Shown piece by piece: positions 19,024 through 29,341 of a DNA stretch of 40,300 nt (positions are counted from its first letter, which is position 1; each line of letters begins with the position of its first letter). A program made the position numbers and the translations under genes. The notes below the pieces were generated by a model that saw only the letters and a program-made list of their open reading frames with translations, did no database searches and was not told where the DNA came from. The stretch comes from Myxococcota bacterium (GTDB lineage: Bacteria > Myxococcota_A > Polyangia > Nannocystales > Nannocystaceae), in NCBI GenBank assembly GCA_039028615.1, contig JBCCHT010000068.1, positions 1 to 40,300 of the forward strand. Direction: 5' to 3'.

Positions 19024-20091
19024 TCAGGGCAAGCGCAGCTCGACCCCGAGCGAGGCCCGACCGCCGAGCGGGGACGCACGAAAAACCGCGATCGAGGATG
19101 GTCCCATGCGGATGTCGAACCCGGGCCGGGCCAGCGCGGCGATGGCATCGAGCGACAGGCCCAGGCTCACCCGAGGACCCAGCGCCAGGCCCAGTCCGGA
19201 GCCGGCTTCGGCTGCGATCCACGGCGCTCGCTCAACGCGGGGCAGCACCTCGGCGCCGCGTCCGAACGCTCGCATCGCGCCCCCGGCCAGCCCGGCGCAC
19301 AGCGGGATCTCCAGGCGCCCCCGCGACCACGTATGACAGCCCCGCACGCCTCCGCCGATCATGCGCGCCTCGATCCGCGACGGCACCGCCACGCTGGCGT
19401 CCACGGCGGTCGAGCTCGGGGTCCAGAACATCGCAAAGACGCCGACGTTCCAGCGAGCCAGCCGCAGCGCGACCGAGCCACGGATCTCCGCCGACACCGA
19501 CGGCAAGACGCCGATGCCGGGTCCCAGCGAAAGGCCCAGGCCGACGCGGGGCCGAATCCGTCGACGGGGGCGCTCGGGCGGCAGCGGCTCGGCCCGGGCC
19601 TCGGTGGGCTCGTCCGGGCTCGGCGTCGTGGGTGGAGCCTCGCTCTCCGGCTCGACCTCGGCATCGTCGGGCACAGGCGACGGCACGGGCGTCGGCGATT
19701 GCACGGGCGGCGGCGCCAGCGAGCCCGCCACGACCATCGGACGCAACGCGACCGCCACCACCAACGCGGTCGCGTTCGCCAGGGCGGCGCAGCGCGGGGC
19801 ATCGAAACGACGCTGATCCACCGCGTCGCCATGCCGCGCCGAAAGCTCGACCACGTACCCGTCACCGCCCGGGCTCACCACCGCCTTCACCTGCGTGGAG
19901 ACGCCGTCCATCGACCCCGGGGGCTGTCCCACCAGGCGCTCGATCGTCGCTCGAACCTCGGCCGCATCCGGGCACCCGGCGGGGCCGCGCCCGTCGAGCT
20001 CGAGCCCGGCCGGCGTGGCCCCTTCGGCGGGCGCGGGAGCCCCAGCCCCAGCCAGAGCTCCCGCCAGGAGCACGCTGACGACGCCCGACAA
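19024..20091 (-). CDS. Hypothetical exported protein with probable C-terminal beta-barrel-like region
   Basis: Hydrophobic N-terminus; CPD...C.ALA.A.A domain typical of myxobacterial proteins; Pro-rich linker; amphipathic beta strands. Start uncertain (TTG 20091 or GTG 20073). Confidence 0.65.
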   Translation of the reverse strand: MSGVVSVLLAGALAGAGAPAPAEGATPAGLELDGRGPAGCPDAAEVRATIERLVGQPPGSMDGVSTQVKAVVSPGGDGYVVELSARHGDAVDQRRFDAPRCAALANATALVVAVALRPMVVAGSLAPPPVQSPTPVPSPVPDDAEVEPESEAPPTTPSPDEPTEARAEPLPPERPRRRIRPRVGLGLSLGPGIGVLPSVSAEIRGSVALRLARWNVGVFAMFWTPSSTAVDASVAVPSRIEARMIGGGVRGCHTWSRGRLEIPLCAGLAGGAMRAFGRGAEVLPRVERAPWIAAEAGSGLGLALGPRVSLGLSLDAIAALARPGFDIRMGPSSIAVFRASPLGGRASLGVELRLP

Positions 20092-20146
20092 GCCTCGGTC
20101 TATAGCCGAGGCCCGACGTCGGCACCAGCGTGCAGGTGTGACCCGC

Positions 20147-20881
20147 TCAGCAAATCTCGCCGGTCTCACCAGGCAGACACACCATCGGGTCGGCCGCACC
20201 GAGCAGACAGTCGATCAGCAGCGCCTCGTCCGTCTCGGCCTGGCACTGCGTGAAGTAGTCGGGCTCGCGCAGCTCGGTGAGCTGCTCGGTGGCGTCGCAG
20301 CTCTTGTCGTGCTCGAGCACGATCTGTCGCAGGACTCGACCGTCGGGGAGCACCTCGAAGCGGTAGTTGTCGCGGAAGTTGACCTCGTCCTGCACCCGGA
20401 TTTGGTAGACCCCGACTTCGCCCGCGGCCAGCCCGTCGAGCACGCAGTCCGCCGCATCGAGGTCCTGGAAGCCGACGGGGAACTTCGGGAACAGAGAGTC
20501 GAGCTGGTAGATGACCATGTCGCAGGCGTCGGGGGCCCCGCAGTCCTCGAGGGAGAAGTTCACGTTGCAGTCGTGCTCCATGTAGAAGCAGTCGCCGCCC
20601 GTCCCGGCCATGCCGGTCTCGCCCGGGCCTCCGGTAGCGGTTGCGGCTCCGCTCTCCTCGCCTCCGGTATCGAGCGCTCCTCCGCTCGCGGTGGCACCCG
20701 TGACCATGCTCGTCGCGCCCGGGCCCGACTCCTCCTCGCCTGCGCCCGCCGTTTCTTCGGCCGCGCCTTCGGTGGTGGTCATGCCGTCGCTGTCGACGGG
20801 AACCTCACCCACGGTGCCGAGGTCGACCAAGCACCCGCTGAGCAGTGAAGAAGCCAGAATCAATCGAATGGAATAAGTCAT
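20147..20881 (-). CDS. Hypothetical Cys-rich lipoprotein
   Basis: Lipobox LLSGC; T/G/E-rich linker; Cys-rich C-terminal domain. Confidence 0.72.
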   Translation of the reverse strand: MTYSIRLILASSLLSGCLVDLGTVGEVPVDSDGMTTTEGAAEETAGAGEEESGPGATSMVTGATASGGALDTGGEESGAATATGGPGETGMAGTGGDCFYMEHDCNVNFSLEDCGAPDACDMVIYQLDSLFPKFPVGFQDLDAADCVLDGLAAGEVGVYQIRVQDEVNFRDNYRFEVLPDGRVLRQIVLEHDKSCDATEQLTELREPDYFTQCQAETDEALLIDCLLGAADPMVCLPGETGEIC

Positions 20882-21070
20882 GTGCAGTCCCTAGCACCGC
20901 CGCCACCGCCGGTTGTCACGAAAAAGATCGACGGCCGTGAACCAGGGATCGAGCGGTGAGCGGCGCCACGCGCAAAGCACCCCAGGCGCGACGCAGGGTC
21001 GCAACTACGCCCCAATTGGCCGCAGACCCCCGTGCTAGGTTGGCGCGTCGCCACCCCCCCGATGTTCCCC

Positions 21071-22129
21071 ATGCGCGCCCGTCTCCTCCCCTTTCTGCTC
21101 ACCGTCGGCTGCACGACATCGGCGGCGGACGACTCGACGACCACCCCGCCCGACGCCTCGACCTCGAGCGCAACCGAGCCGCCCACCGCCTCCTCGGGCG
21201 TCGACTCGGCCACGGGCAAGGCGACCTCCGATGGGCCCGCCGACTCCTCGGGTGGCAGCGTGGACTCCACGGGCCTCGGCTCTACGGGTGAGCCCGGCTG
21301 CCCCGCCCTGCCCGATCCGACCCCGTCGTGGCTGCTCCCCATGCAGGAGGACATCGTGGCTCGGCTCGCGGGCGCGACCGAGCTGACGCCGGGCGTCACC
21401 CTCTCCGACCGCTCGACCCCGGCCAGCCGCGCGGCGACCCGCGACTTCCTCGTCGAGCAGCTGGACACGCTGGGGCTGGGCGGGCAGCTGCAGACCTACT
21501 CGGACACGGGCACCAACGTCTACGCCGCGCTGCCGGCCACCCTCGAGACCAACCGGACGATCGTCATCGGGGCCCACTTCGACAGCGTGCCGGGCAGCCC
21601 GGGCGCCAACGACAACGCGACCGGCGTAGCCATGGTGCTGAGCCTCGGCCGCTGGCTCCAAGACCTCCCCTGCCGTGATCTCAACGTGCTGCTCGTGCTC
21701 TTCGACGAGGAGGAAATCGGCTTGCTCGGCAGCTTCGGCTACGCCCAGTGGCTCGCCGCGCAGGACCTCGACGTCGTCTCCGTGCACACCATCGATCAGA
21801 TGGGCTGGGACGCCAACGGCGACCGCGGCCTCGAGATCGAGCGCCCCGACCCGGGCCTGCTCGAGGTGTACGAGCAAGCCGAGCCACTCGCGCCCGGGGA
21901 CACGCCGTTGACCGAGACTCAAACCGGCTTCACCGATCACGTCTCGTTCCGCAAGCTGGGCTTCGACGCGGTCGGTCTCACCGAGCAGTTCGTCACCGGC
22001 GACACCACGCCGCACTACCACCTGCCGAGCGATACCTTCGAGACGGTGGACCTCGGGTTCTTGGCGTCGAGCACCGTGCTGCTGCACGTCGCGATCGGTG
22101 GACTCGTCGCGTCCGAGCCCGACGCCTGA
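21071..22129 (+). CDS. M28-family peptidase lipoprotein
   Basis: IGAHFDS, PGANDNATG, FDEEEIGLLGS, TDHVSF and PHYH..DT motifs; lipobox LTVGC; Ser/Thr linker. Confidence 0.9.
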   Translation: MRARLLPFLLTVGCTTSAADDSTTTPPDASTSSATEPPTASSGVDSATGKATSDGPADSSGGSVDSTGLGSTGEPGCPALPDPTPSWLLPMQEDIVARLAGATELTPGVTLSDRSTPASRAATRDFLVEQLDTLGLGGQLQTYSDTGTNVYAALPATLETNRTIVIGAHFDSVPGSPGANDNATGVAMVLSLGRWLQDLPCRDLNVLLVLFDEEEIGLLGSFGYAQWLAAQDLDVVSVHTIDQMGWDANGDRGLEIERPDPGLLEVYEQAEPLAPGDTPLTETQTGFTDHVSFRKLGFDAVGLTEQFVTGDTTPHYHLPSDTFETVDLGFLASSTVLLHVAIGGLVASEPDA

Positions 22130-22420
22130 TCAGCGGTCGCCTCGGCCCCGACCGCGACGACCCGGCAGCAACGCTCGCAGCGACGGGCGAGGCAGTCGCG
22201 GCATCTTCCACAGCGCGGCCGCGAGCTGCTTGGCCAGGTGCAGCGGGGTGGCGCCGCGAGCCTCCACCGAGACGCGCTGCCCCTCGAGATCCTCCATCGC
22301 ACCTCGCGCGATCGTCCGCTGCCCGTCCGAGCGGATCTCGACGACGAGGCGGGCCACGACCGGCAGCTCGTCGTCCTCGACCCTCGAAAGTGCCTCGTCG
22401 GTCTCGTCGGAACGGGACAT
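22130..22420 (-). CDS. Small hypothetical protein (96 aa)
   Basis: Protein-like core LPVVARLVVEIRSDGQRTIARGAMED; ATG lies 8 nt after TAGGAT. Confidence 0.65.
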   Translation of the reverse strand: MSRSDETDEALSRVEDDELPVVARLVVEIRSDGQRTIARGAMEDLEGQRVSVEARGATPLHLAKQLAAALWKMPRLPRPSLRALLPGRRGRGRGDR

Positions 22421-22605
22421 TGCACGAGATCCTACCCCTTCGAGGCCCCAATTCGTGGTCCGCCTCACGCAACGGACCGCCGCAGCATCTACTTGCGAAA
22501 TACGCGCGATGATACGTTCCCGGTTAGTCGATGCCCTGATGGCGCACGGAGCGCCACCCCCTCGGAGGGGGGCATCGTCCACCTTAAGAAGGAGGTTCGA
22601 ACCGC

Positions 22606-23454
22606 ATGAGACGACGTCCGCGAATCGCCGGCCTGGCTGGGCTCGGTGCTACGGCGCTCGTGCTGAGTGCCTGTCAGGGTCAGGGGGCGTTCAACGCCAT
22701 CCAAACCAAGCTGGCGGAGATTTCCGATCAGCAGACGCAGATCCTGGACCGCATCGGCCAGCTCGAGACGAAGATTGAGAACATGCCCGCTGCTGCACCT
22801 GCAGCTCGCGGCAAGCAAGCCCCCAAGGGTCCGCAGCCTGGACGGCCGGATCCCAAGGCGACCTACAAGGTCGCGGTGGGCGATGCCCAAACCAAGGGTC
22901 CCGCCGACGCGAAGATCACGATCGTCGAGTGGTCGGACTTCCAATGACCCTACTGCCAGAGGGTCGGTCCGACTCTCAAGCAAATCACTGACGCCTACGG
23001 CGACGACGTCCGTATCGTCTTCAAGCACAACCCGCTTGGCTTCCATCCCCGGGCCATGCCTTCCGCGCTCGCAGCCGAGGCTGCCGGCAAGCAAGGCAAG
23101 TTCTGGGAGATGCACGACAAGCTCTTCGCCAACAACAAGGCCCTCACCGACGAGAACTTCGACAAGTTCGCCGGCGAGCTGGGTCTCAACGTCGAGCAGT
23201 TCAAAAAGGACATGGCCGACGCTGGGCTCAAGAAGAAGATCACCGGTCAGCAGCAGCAGGGCGTCGGCCTTGGTGCTCGCGGCACCCCGGCCTTCTTCAT
23301 CAACGGCCGCTTCCTGTCGGGGGCTCAGCCCTTCCCCGCCTTCAAGGCGGTGATCGACGAAGAGGTCAAGAAGGCCGACAAGTTGATCGCATCGGGTACC
23401 CCGAAGGCGAAGGTCTACGAGAAGACGATCGAAAAGGGCAAGACCAAGGTCTAA
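22606..23454 (+). CDS. DsbA-family thioredoxin-fold lipoprotein, probable selenoprotein (Sec at codon 114, UPYC)
   Basis: Track ORFs 22606-22947 and 23056-23454 are in the same frame. Reading through TGA (22945-22947) gives IVEWSDFQ-U-PYCQRVGPTLKQI...VFKHNPLGFH...QGKFWEMHD...GTPAFFING..GAQP. Strong SD AAGGAGGT; lipobox VLSAC. Confidence 0.9.
22959..22977 (+). other. Candidate bacterial SECIS element
   Basis: Hairpin GAGGGTCG-GTC-CGACTCTC starts after an 11-nt spacer from the TGA. Apical GGUC sits at +22..+25 (U of UGA = +1), the same register as E. coli fdhF. Confidence 0.82.
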
Positions 23455-23485
23455 CGCCCCGGCAGGCTCGCCTGCCCGTTCGTAC

Positions 23486-23533
23486 GACAAGGGCCGCTCT
23501 TCCCTCGGGAAGGCGGCCCTCGTCTTTGGTTTC
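23486..23533 (+). terminator. Intrinsic terminator after the DsbA gene
   Basis: AGGGCCGC-T-CTTCCC/GGGAAG-GCGGCCCT stem followed by TCTTTGGTTT, between convergent genes. A second hairpin GGCAGG/CCTGCC lies at 23461-23476. Confidence 0.7.
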
Positions 23534-23551
23534 GGCCTCGGTGGTCGCGAC

Positions 23552-24673
23552 CTAGCCGGCTGCTTCGGCCTCGGCCTTCGGCTTTTGTTCGGCGTCGCCG
23601 TCGGCCGCGGCGGCCTCTTCCTCGGCCTTCGTCCGCAGGGCTTCGGCTTGCTCGGCCGTCGCCGCGCAGCGGAACCCGAAGTGATGGAAGGGCTCGTTCT
23701 TCGGGAAGTGCGGCCGTCGGAAGATGCCCGTCGCCCGCGTCTCGTCCCAGTACCAAGACCCGCCCCGCACGATTCGCATGTAGTGCTTGGCGCAGGGCTC
23801 CTCGCCGTTGCAGGGACCCCGCGGATCGATGCCCGTGCAGTCCTCCCCGCACTCTTCGTAGCTCGGCGAGTACCAGTCGATGACCCACTCCCACGAGTTG
23901 CCGACCATGTCGTAGAGGCCGTAGACGCCCGGGTCGCGCGACGCCACGTCCCAGGGTCGCCCCGTCTCCGGCTTGCTCTTGCCCTTCTTCACGCCGCAGC
24001 TGCGTCCGCGCTCGTCCTTGATGATCGCGCGCTCGCAGGTGACCGGCTCGTCACCCCACGGGTACACCGCGCCGTCGGGTCCACGCGCCGCCTTTTCCCA
24101 CTGCGCTTCGGTGGGCAGGTCCTTACCGTGCACCTGGCAGTACTTGCGCGAGTGGTACCAGCTGACGCCCTGGATCGGCATCTTCGGATGGTCGAAGTCG
24201 AGGTACTTGGGGCCCGCTCGATCACAGCGCCGCTCCTTTTGGCAGCGCTTGTACTCGCGGAACGTGACCTCGTTGAGATCCATGTAGAAGGTCTGCAGGT
24301 GGATGGTGGCCTGGGGCTTGGCGTTGGCCGGCTCGTCCTCGTCGGTGCCGCGGATGAACGCGCCGCCGGGGATGCAGGCCATGCCGGGCGGCGGCTCGGC
24401 GCACGGCAAGATCGGCGTGCCGTCGGGGAGCGTCGGCGGCGGCTCGGGTTCCGGCTCGGGTTCGGGTTCCGGCTGCGGGGCGGGCTCGGACTCGGGCTTC
24501 GCCGCGACAGGTGCGGCATCCGCGGATGACGCAACCGGCACGGGTGCCTCGGCCCCGTCGGGCGCCGAACTCGAGACGGCCTCGGATCCACGGCAGCCCC
24601 CCGCCACGGCTCCGCTGGCCACGATTCCCACGATCCACAGCAACGAATGTCGAACCACGATGCGGACGGGCAT
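23552..24673 (-). CDS. Formylglycine-generating enzyme (SUMF1/FGE-sulfatase) family lipoprotein
   Basis: IPGGAFIRG, FYMDLNEVT, LPTEAQWEKAARG, YPWG, GLYDMVGNSWEW, RGGSW and GFRCA motifs; Pro-Glu repeat linker. Confidence 0.92.
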   Translation of the reverse strand: MPVRIVVRHSLLWIVGIVASGAVAGGCRGSEAVSSSAPDGAEAPVPVASSADAAPVAAKPESEPAPQPEPEPEPEPEPPPTLPDGTPILPCAEPPPGMACIPGGAFIRGTDEDEPANAKPQATIHLQTFYMDLNEVTFREYKRCQKERRCDRAGPKYLDFDHPKMPIQGVSWYHSRKYCQVHGKDLPTEAQWEKAARGPDGAVYPWGDEPVTCERAIIKDERGRSCGVKKGKSKPETGRPWDVASRDPGVYGLYDMVGNSWEWVIDWYSPSYEECGEDCTGIDPRGPCNGEEPCAKHYMRIVRGGSWYWDETRATGIFRRPHFPKNEPFHHFGFRCAATAEQAEALRTKAEEEAAAADGDAEQKPKAEAEAAG

Positions 24674-24696
24674 ACACCGCAGGACCCCTCGCCCCC

Positions 24697-24727
24697 AAAC
24701 AATGAAAGCGGGCCCCGAAGAGGCCGC
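24697..24727 (-). terminator. Terminator-like hairpin upstream of the FGE gene
   Basis: Minus strand GCGGCCTC-TTCG-GGGCCCGC (cUUCGg loop, imperfect stem) followed by TTTCATTGTTT. Confidence 0.5.
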
Positions 24728-25033
24728 AATTTCAGCTCACGACAGATTTGCGAGCCTCATTACTTTCACAATCTTCGCTGATCAGTTCCTTCCGCGGCGC
24801 GACCGATGGTCGCGCGCACTCCCGCCCCGGTGGATCGTCCCCTCGATCGAGCCGCGTCCGGGTGGGGGTTCGAACCCGCAATCGTGGGGTGGTCGCGGGC
24901 ATGATCGGCCCTGCTCGCGCGTTGGTGCCTACCGCAGGGACCCCTGGCGTTCGACCTCGTTCAACGCCAGCCGTTTGGGGTTTGTACGCTGCCCCGGTTA
25001 CACTGCACTCGGCTCCCGACCAAAACCCCCCCC

Positions 25034-26560
<1,527 letters not shown>

Positions 26561-26660
26561 GGGCGGCCCGCGCTGGCCCCCCTGCCGACCCCGGTAGGCC
26601 GGATAAACTGGGGGCTCGGCTTGTCGGACCCGTGCGGGCCTGCCATCCTTGGCGGCTCCC

Positions 26661-27983
26661 ATGGCCGATTCCGATGATGATTTCGCGAGCTTGTTCGAGC
26701 AGTCGATGGCCACCGGGTCGGGCACTGCCCCCAGGCCGCGGACCAAGAAGCTCCAGGCCGGTCAGCGCGTCAAGGGCACCGTCGTCGCCATCAACGACGA
26801 CACCGTGTTCGTCGACGTCGGCACCAAGGCCGAAGCCCGGCTCGACCGCAGCGCGGTCGTCGACGCCAAGGGCAACCTGAAGGTCTCCGTCGGCGACCCC
26901 ATCGAGGCCACGGTCTCGCATCCCGGCGGTCGTCAGCCGCCGCAGCTGGTGATGTCCTTCGGCGGTGCCGGGCTCGACACCGCCGCCCTCGAGCTCGCCG
27001 CCCAGAGCGGCACCCCGGTCGAAGGCGAGGTCACCAAGGCGGTCAAGGCCGGCGTCGAGGTCGACATCGGCGGCACGCGGGCGTTCTGCCCCGCCAGCCA
27101 GGTCGAGCTGGGCTATGTCGCCGACCTCGAGGTCTTCGTCGGGCAAAAGCACTTCTTCCGCGTGCTCGAGGTGCGCGACGGCGGACGCTCGGTCGTGGTC
27201 TCGCGCAAGGCCCTGCTGCTCGCCGAGCGCGAGGAAAAGGCGGCCGAGCTCGCCACCCGCCTCGCCGTCGATGCCGAGCTCGATGGCATCGTGCAGACCA
27301 TCCAGCCCTACGGCGTGTTCGTGGACCTCGGCGGCCTCCAGGGCCTGGTGCACATCTCCGAGATGGCGCACTCCCGGATCTCCAGCCCCGAGGACATGGT
27401 CGAGGTCGGCGAGTCGGTGCGGGTCAAGGTGCTGTCGATCGAAGCCGCCGCCTCGGGCAAGCCCAAGGACATGCGGATCTCGCTGTCGATGAAGGCGCTC
27501 ACCCAGCCCAGCGCCGAAGAAGCCGCCGCCGCCACCGGGGGCAAGACCGACGAGGTCATCACCGCCACCGTGGTCAAGGTCGAGGGCTTCGGCGTCGTAG
27601 TCGACACCCCGGCCGGCCAGGGCGTGGTGCCCAACAACGAGCTCGCGCTGCCCCCCGGCAGCGATCCGCGACGTGCCTTCAGCACGGGCGACGAGCTGTC
27701 GGTCGTGCTCAAGCGCCGCGACCAAAACGGCCGCCTGCGCTTCTCGGCCAAGGCGGTCGAAGAGGCCGAGGCCCGCAGCAACTTCCGCCAGTTCCGCCAG
27801 GGACAGCGCGCCAACAAGAAGGGGCTCGGCAGCCTCGGTGACCTGCTCGCCGGGATCGATCTGTCCAATGCACCCGACGGCCCGGCTCAGGCCGCCGCCC
27901 CGGCGCCGCAGCAAACCCCAGCCCAGGCGGCTCCCGCCTCCGAGAACGCGCCCCGCCGCAAGGGCCGGCGGCGTCGCGTCTGA
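26661..27983 (+). CDS. S1 RNA-binding domain protein (RpsA-like, about 4 S1 repeats)
   Basis: RAFCPASQV and YGVFVDLGGLQGLVHISEM motifs; C-terminal LGSLGDLL. Confidence 0.88.
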   Translation: MADSDDDFASLFEQSMATGSGTAPRPRTKKLQAGQRVKGTVVAINDDTVFVDVGTKAEARLDRSAVVDAKGNLKVSVGDPIEATVSHPGGRQPPQLVMSFGGAGLDTAALELAAQSGTPVEGEVTKAVKAGVEVDIGGTRAFCPASQVELGYVADLEVFVGQKHFFRVLEVRDGGRSVVVSRKALLLAEREEKAAELATRLAVDAELDGIVQTIQPYGVFVDLGGLQGLVHISEMAHSRISSPEDMVEVGESVRVKVLSIEAAASGKPKDMRISLSMKALTQPSAEEAAAATGGKTDEVITATVVKVEGFGVVVDTPAGQGVVPNNELALPPGSDPRRAFSTGDELSVVLKRRDQNGRLRFSAKAVEEAEARSNFRQFRQGQRANKKGLGSLGDLLAGIDLSNAPDGPAQAAAPAPQQTPAQAAPASENAPRRKGRRRRV

Positions 27984-27998
27984 GCCCGTAGCGCTCCC

Positions 27999-29339
27999 AT
28001 GGCTGCCGTCGACCGCTCGGCTCAGATCACCCTGCGCACGCTGATTACGGCGCGCTGGGTGCTCCTGGGCCTGCTGGTCTCGGCCGCGCTGGCCGTGTCG
28101 CTGTCGCCCGACTTGATCGGGCCGGTGCTCAGCTGGTTCCCGCAGTCGCCCGACCCCACCGCGTTCTTTGCCACGCTCGGGGTCTGGCTGGTCGCCAACC
28201 TCGTGACCCTGCAGTGGGTGCTCAAGCCGGGGCGCGCGACCCAGGGCATCGCCGGTCTGCACCTGCTGATCGACGCCACCGTGCTCACCGTGCTGCTCGA
28301 GCTTTCGGGCGGCGCCACGAACCCGTTCACCACCGTCTACTTCGTCCCCATCACGCTGGCGACCCAGGTCTCGCCGCGGTGGACGTGGACGCTGGCCGGT
28401 TACTGCCTGGTGGGCTTCGCGATCCTCTTCGTCATGCAGCCGCTGCCCGAGCCCGACATGCACGCGGGCCACATGATGGGGCACGGAGATCACTTCGCGG
28501 GCCACCTGCGTGGCATGTGGATCGCGTTCGGGGTCTCGGGCGGGCTCATCACCTACTTCGTCCACCGCATCGCGCTGTCGCTGGCCCGGCAGCGCAAGGA
28601 GCTGGGGCGGCTGCGCGAGCAAGCGATCCAGGGCCGGCACCTCGCCGCGCTCGGCACCCTGGCAGCGGGAGCCGCCCACGAGCTCGGCACCCCGCTCGGG
28701 TCGATTCAGCTGCTGGTCGGCGAGCTGCCCCACATGAGCGAAGAGGAGCACACCGAGGCGGTCGGCACCATCAAAGGCGAGATCGGGCGCTGCAAGGAAA
28801 TCGTGCACCGCATGGCCAGCCCGGAGATGAGCGTCCAGAACCTGGGCGCCGAGGGGGCCGAGCCCTGGCCGGTCAGCGTGCTGGGCGAGCAAGCCCAACG
28901 CGTGGTGGCGGCCAGCGACATCGAGCTGCACCTCGACATCCCGGCCGAACTCCACTCTCGGGTCCCGCGCGAGCCGGTCGAGCAGATCCTGCGAGAGCTG
29001 GTCGCCAACGCGGTGGATGCATGCCAGCGACGGGAAGACGGCAAGGCGGCCATCACCGTGGCCGCCAGCGAAGACGACGACGAGATCGTGGTCGAGGTGC
29101 GGGACCAGGGCGTGGGCATGGACTCCGAGGTCGCCGCCCATGCCTTCGACCCCTTCTACTCCACCAAGGCCGAGGGTGAGGGCATGGGCCTGGGCCTGTA
29201 CCTGGCGCGCGCCCAGCTGCGACAGCTCGGAGGCCAACTCGAGCTGGAATCGACGGCCGATCGGGGGACGACCTTGCGTATGCTCTTACCCATCCAGCCC
29301 GCCTCGATCGCCAGCGGGTTCAACTCCCGGAACACCTGA
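27999..29339 (+). CDS. regB: RegB/PrrB/ActS-like sensor histidine kinase
   Basis: GGATNPF (GGxxNPF membrane motif); H-box AAHELGTPL with downstream Cys (GRCKE); N, G1, F and G2 boxes. Confidence 0.88.
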   Translation: MAAVDRSAQITLRTLITARWVLLGLLVSAALAVSLSPDLIGPVLSWFPQSPDPTAFFATLGVWLVANLVTLQWVLKPGRATQGIAGLHLLIDATVLTVLLELSGGATNPFTTVYFVPITLATQVSPRWTWTLAGYCLVGFAILFVMQPLPEPDMHAGHMMGHGDHFAGHLRGMWIAFGVSGGLITYFVHRIALSLARQRKELGRLREQAIQGRHLAALGTLAAGAAHELGTPLGSIQLLVGELPHMSEEEHTEAVGTIKGEIGRCKEIVHRMASPEMSVQNLGAEGAEPWPVSVLGEQAQRVVAASDIELHLDIPAELHSRVPREPVEQILRELVANAVDACQRREDGKAAITVAASEDDDEIVVEVRDQGVGMDSEVAAHAFDPFYSTKAEGEGMGLGLYLARAQLRQLGGQLELESTADRGTTLRMLLPIQPASIASGFNSRNT

Positions 29340-29341
29340 GC

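Noticed and set aside
22529..22577. Hammerhead ribozyme (three stems with CUGAUG)
   Set aside because: The core needs CUGANGA and GAAA; here it is CUGAUGG with no GAAA.
22606..23454. DsbA as a nonsense pseudogene or two separate genes
   Set aside because: The stop is TGA precisely at the catalytic Cys, with a correctly spaced SECIS-like hairpin and no other lesions.
24440..24500. Short tandem repeats as a CRISPR or contingency locus
   Set aside because: These are in-frame Pro-Glu linker codons, with no spacers and no cas genes.
24735..24780. c-di-GMP-I riboswitch (GAAA loop, CGCAAA)
   Set aside because: Lacks the GGCAAAC/GGGACGCAAAGC context and P2 motif; kept only as an unclassified RNA candidate.
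24866..24877. tRNA or selC suggested by GGGTTCGAACCC
   Set aside because: No full 5-bp T stem, acceptor stem or UCA anticodon arm on either strand.
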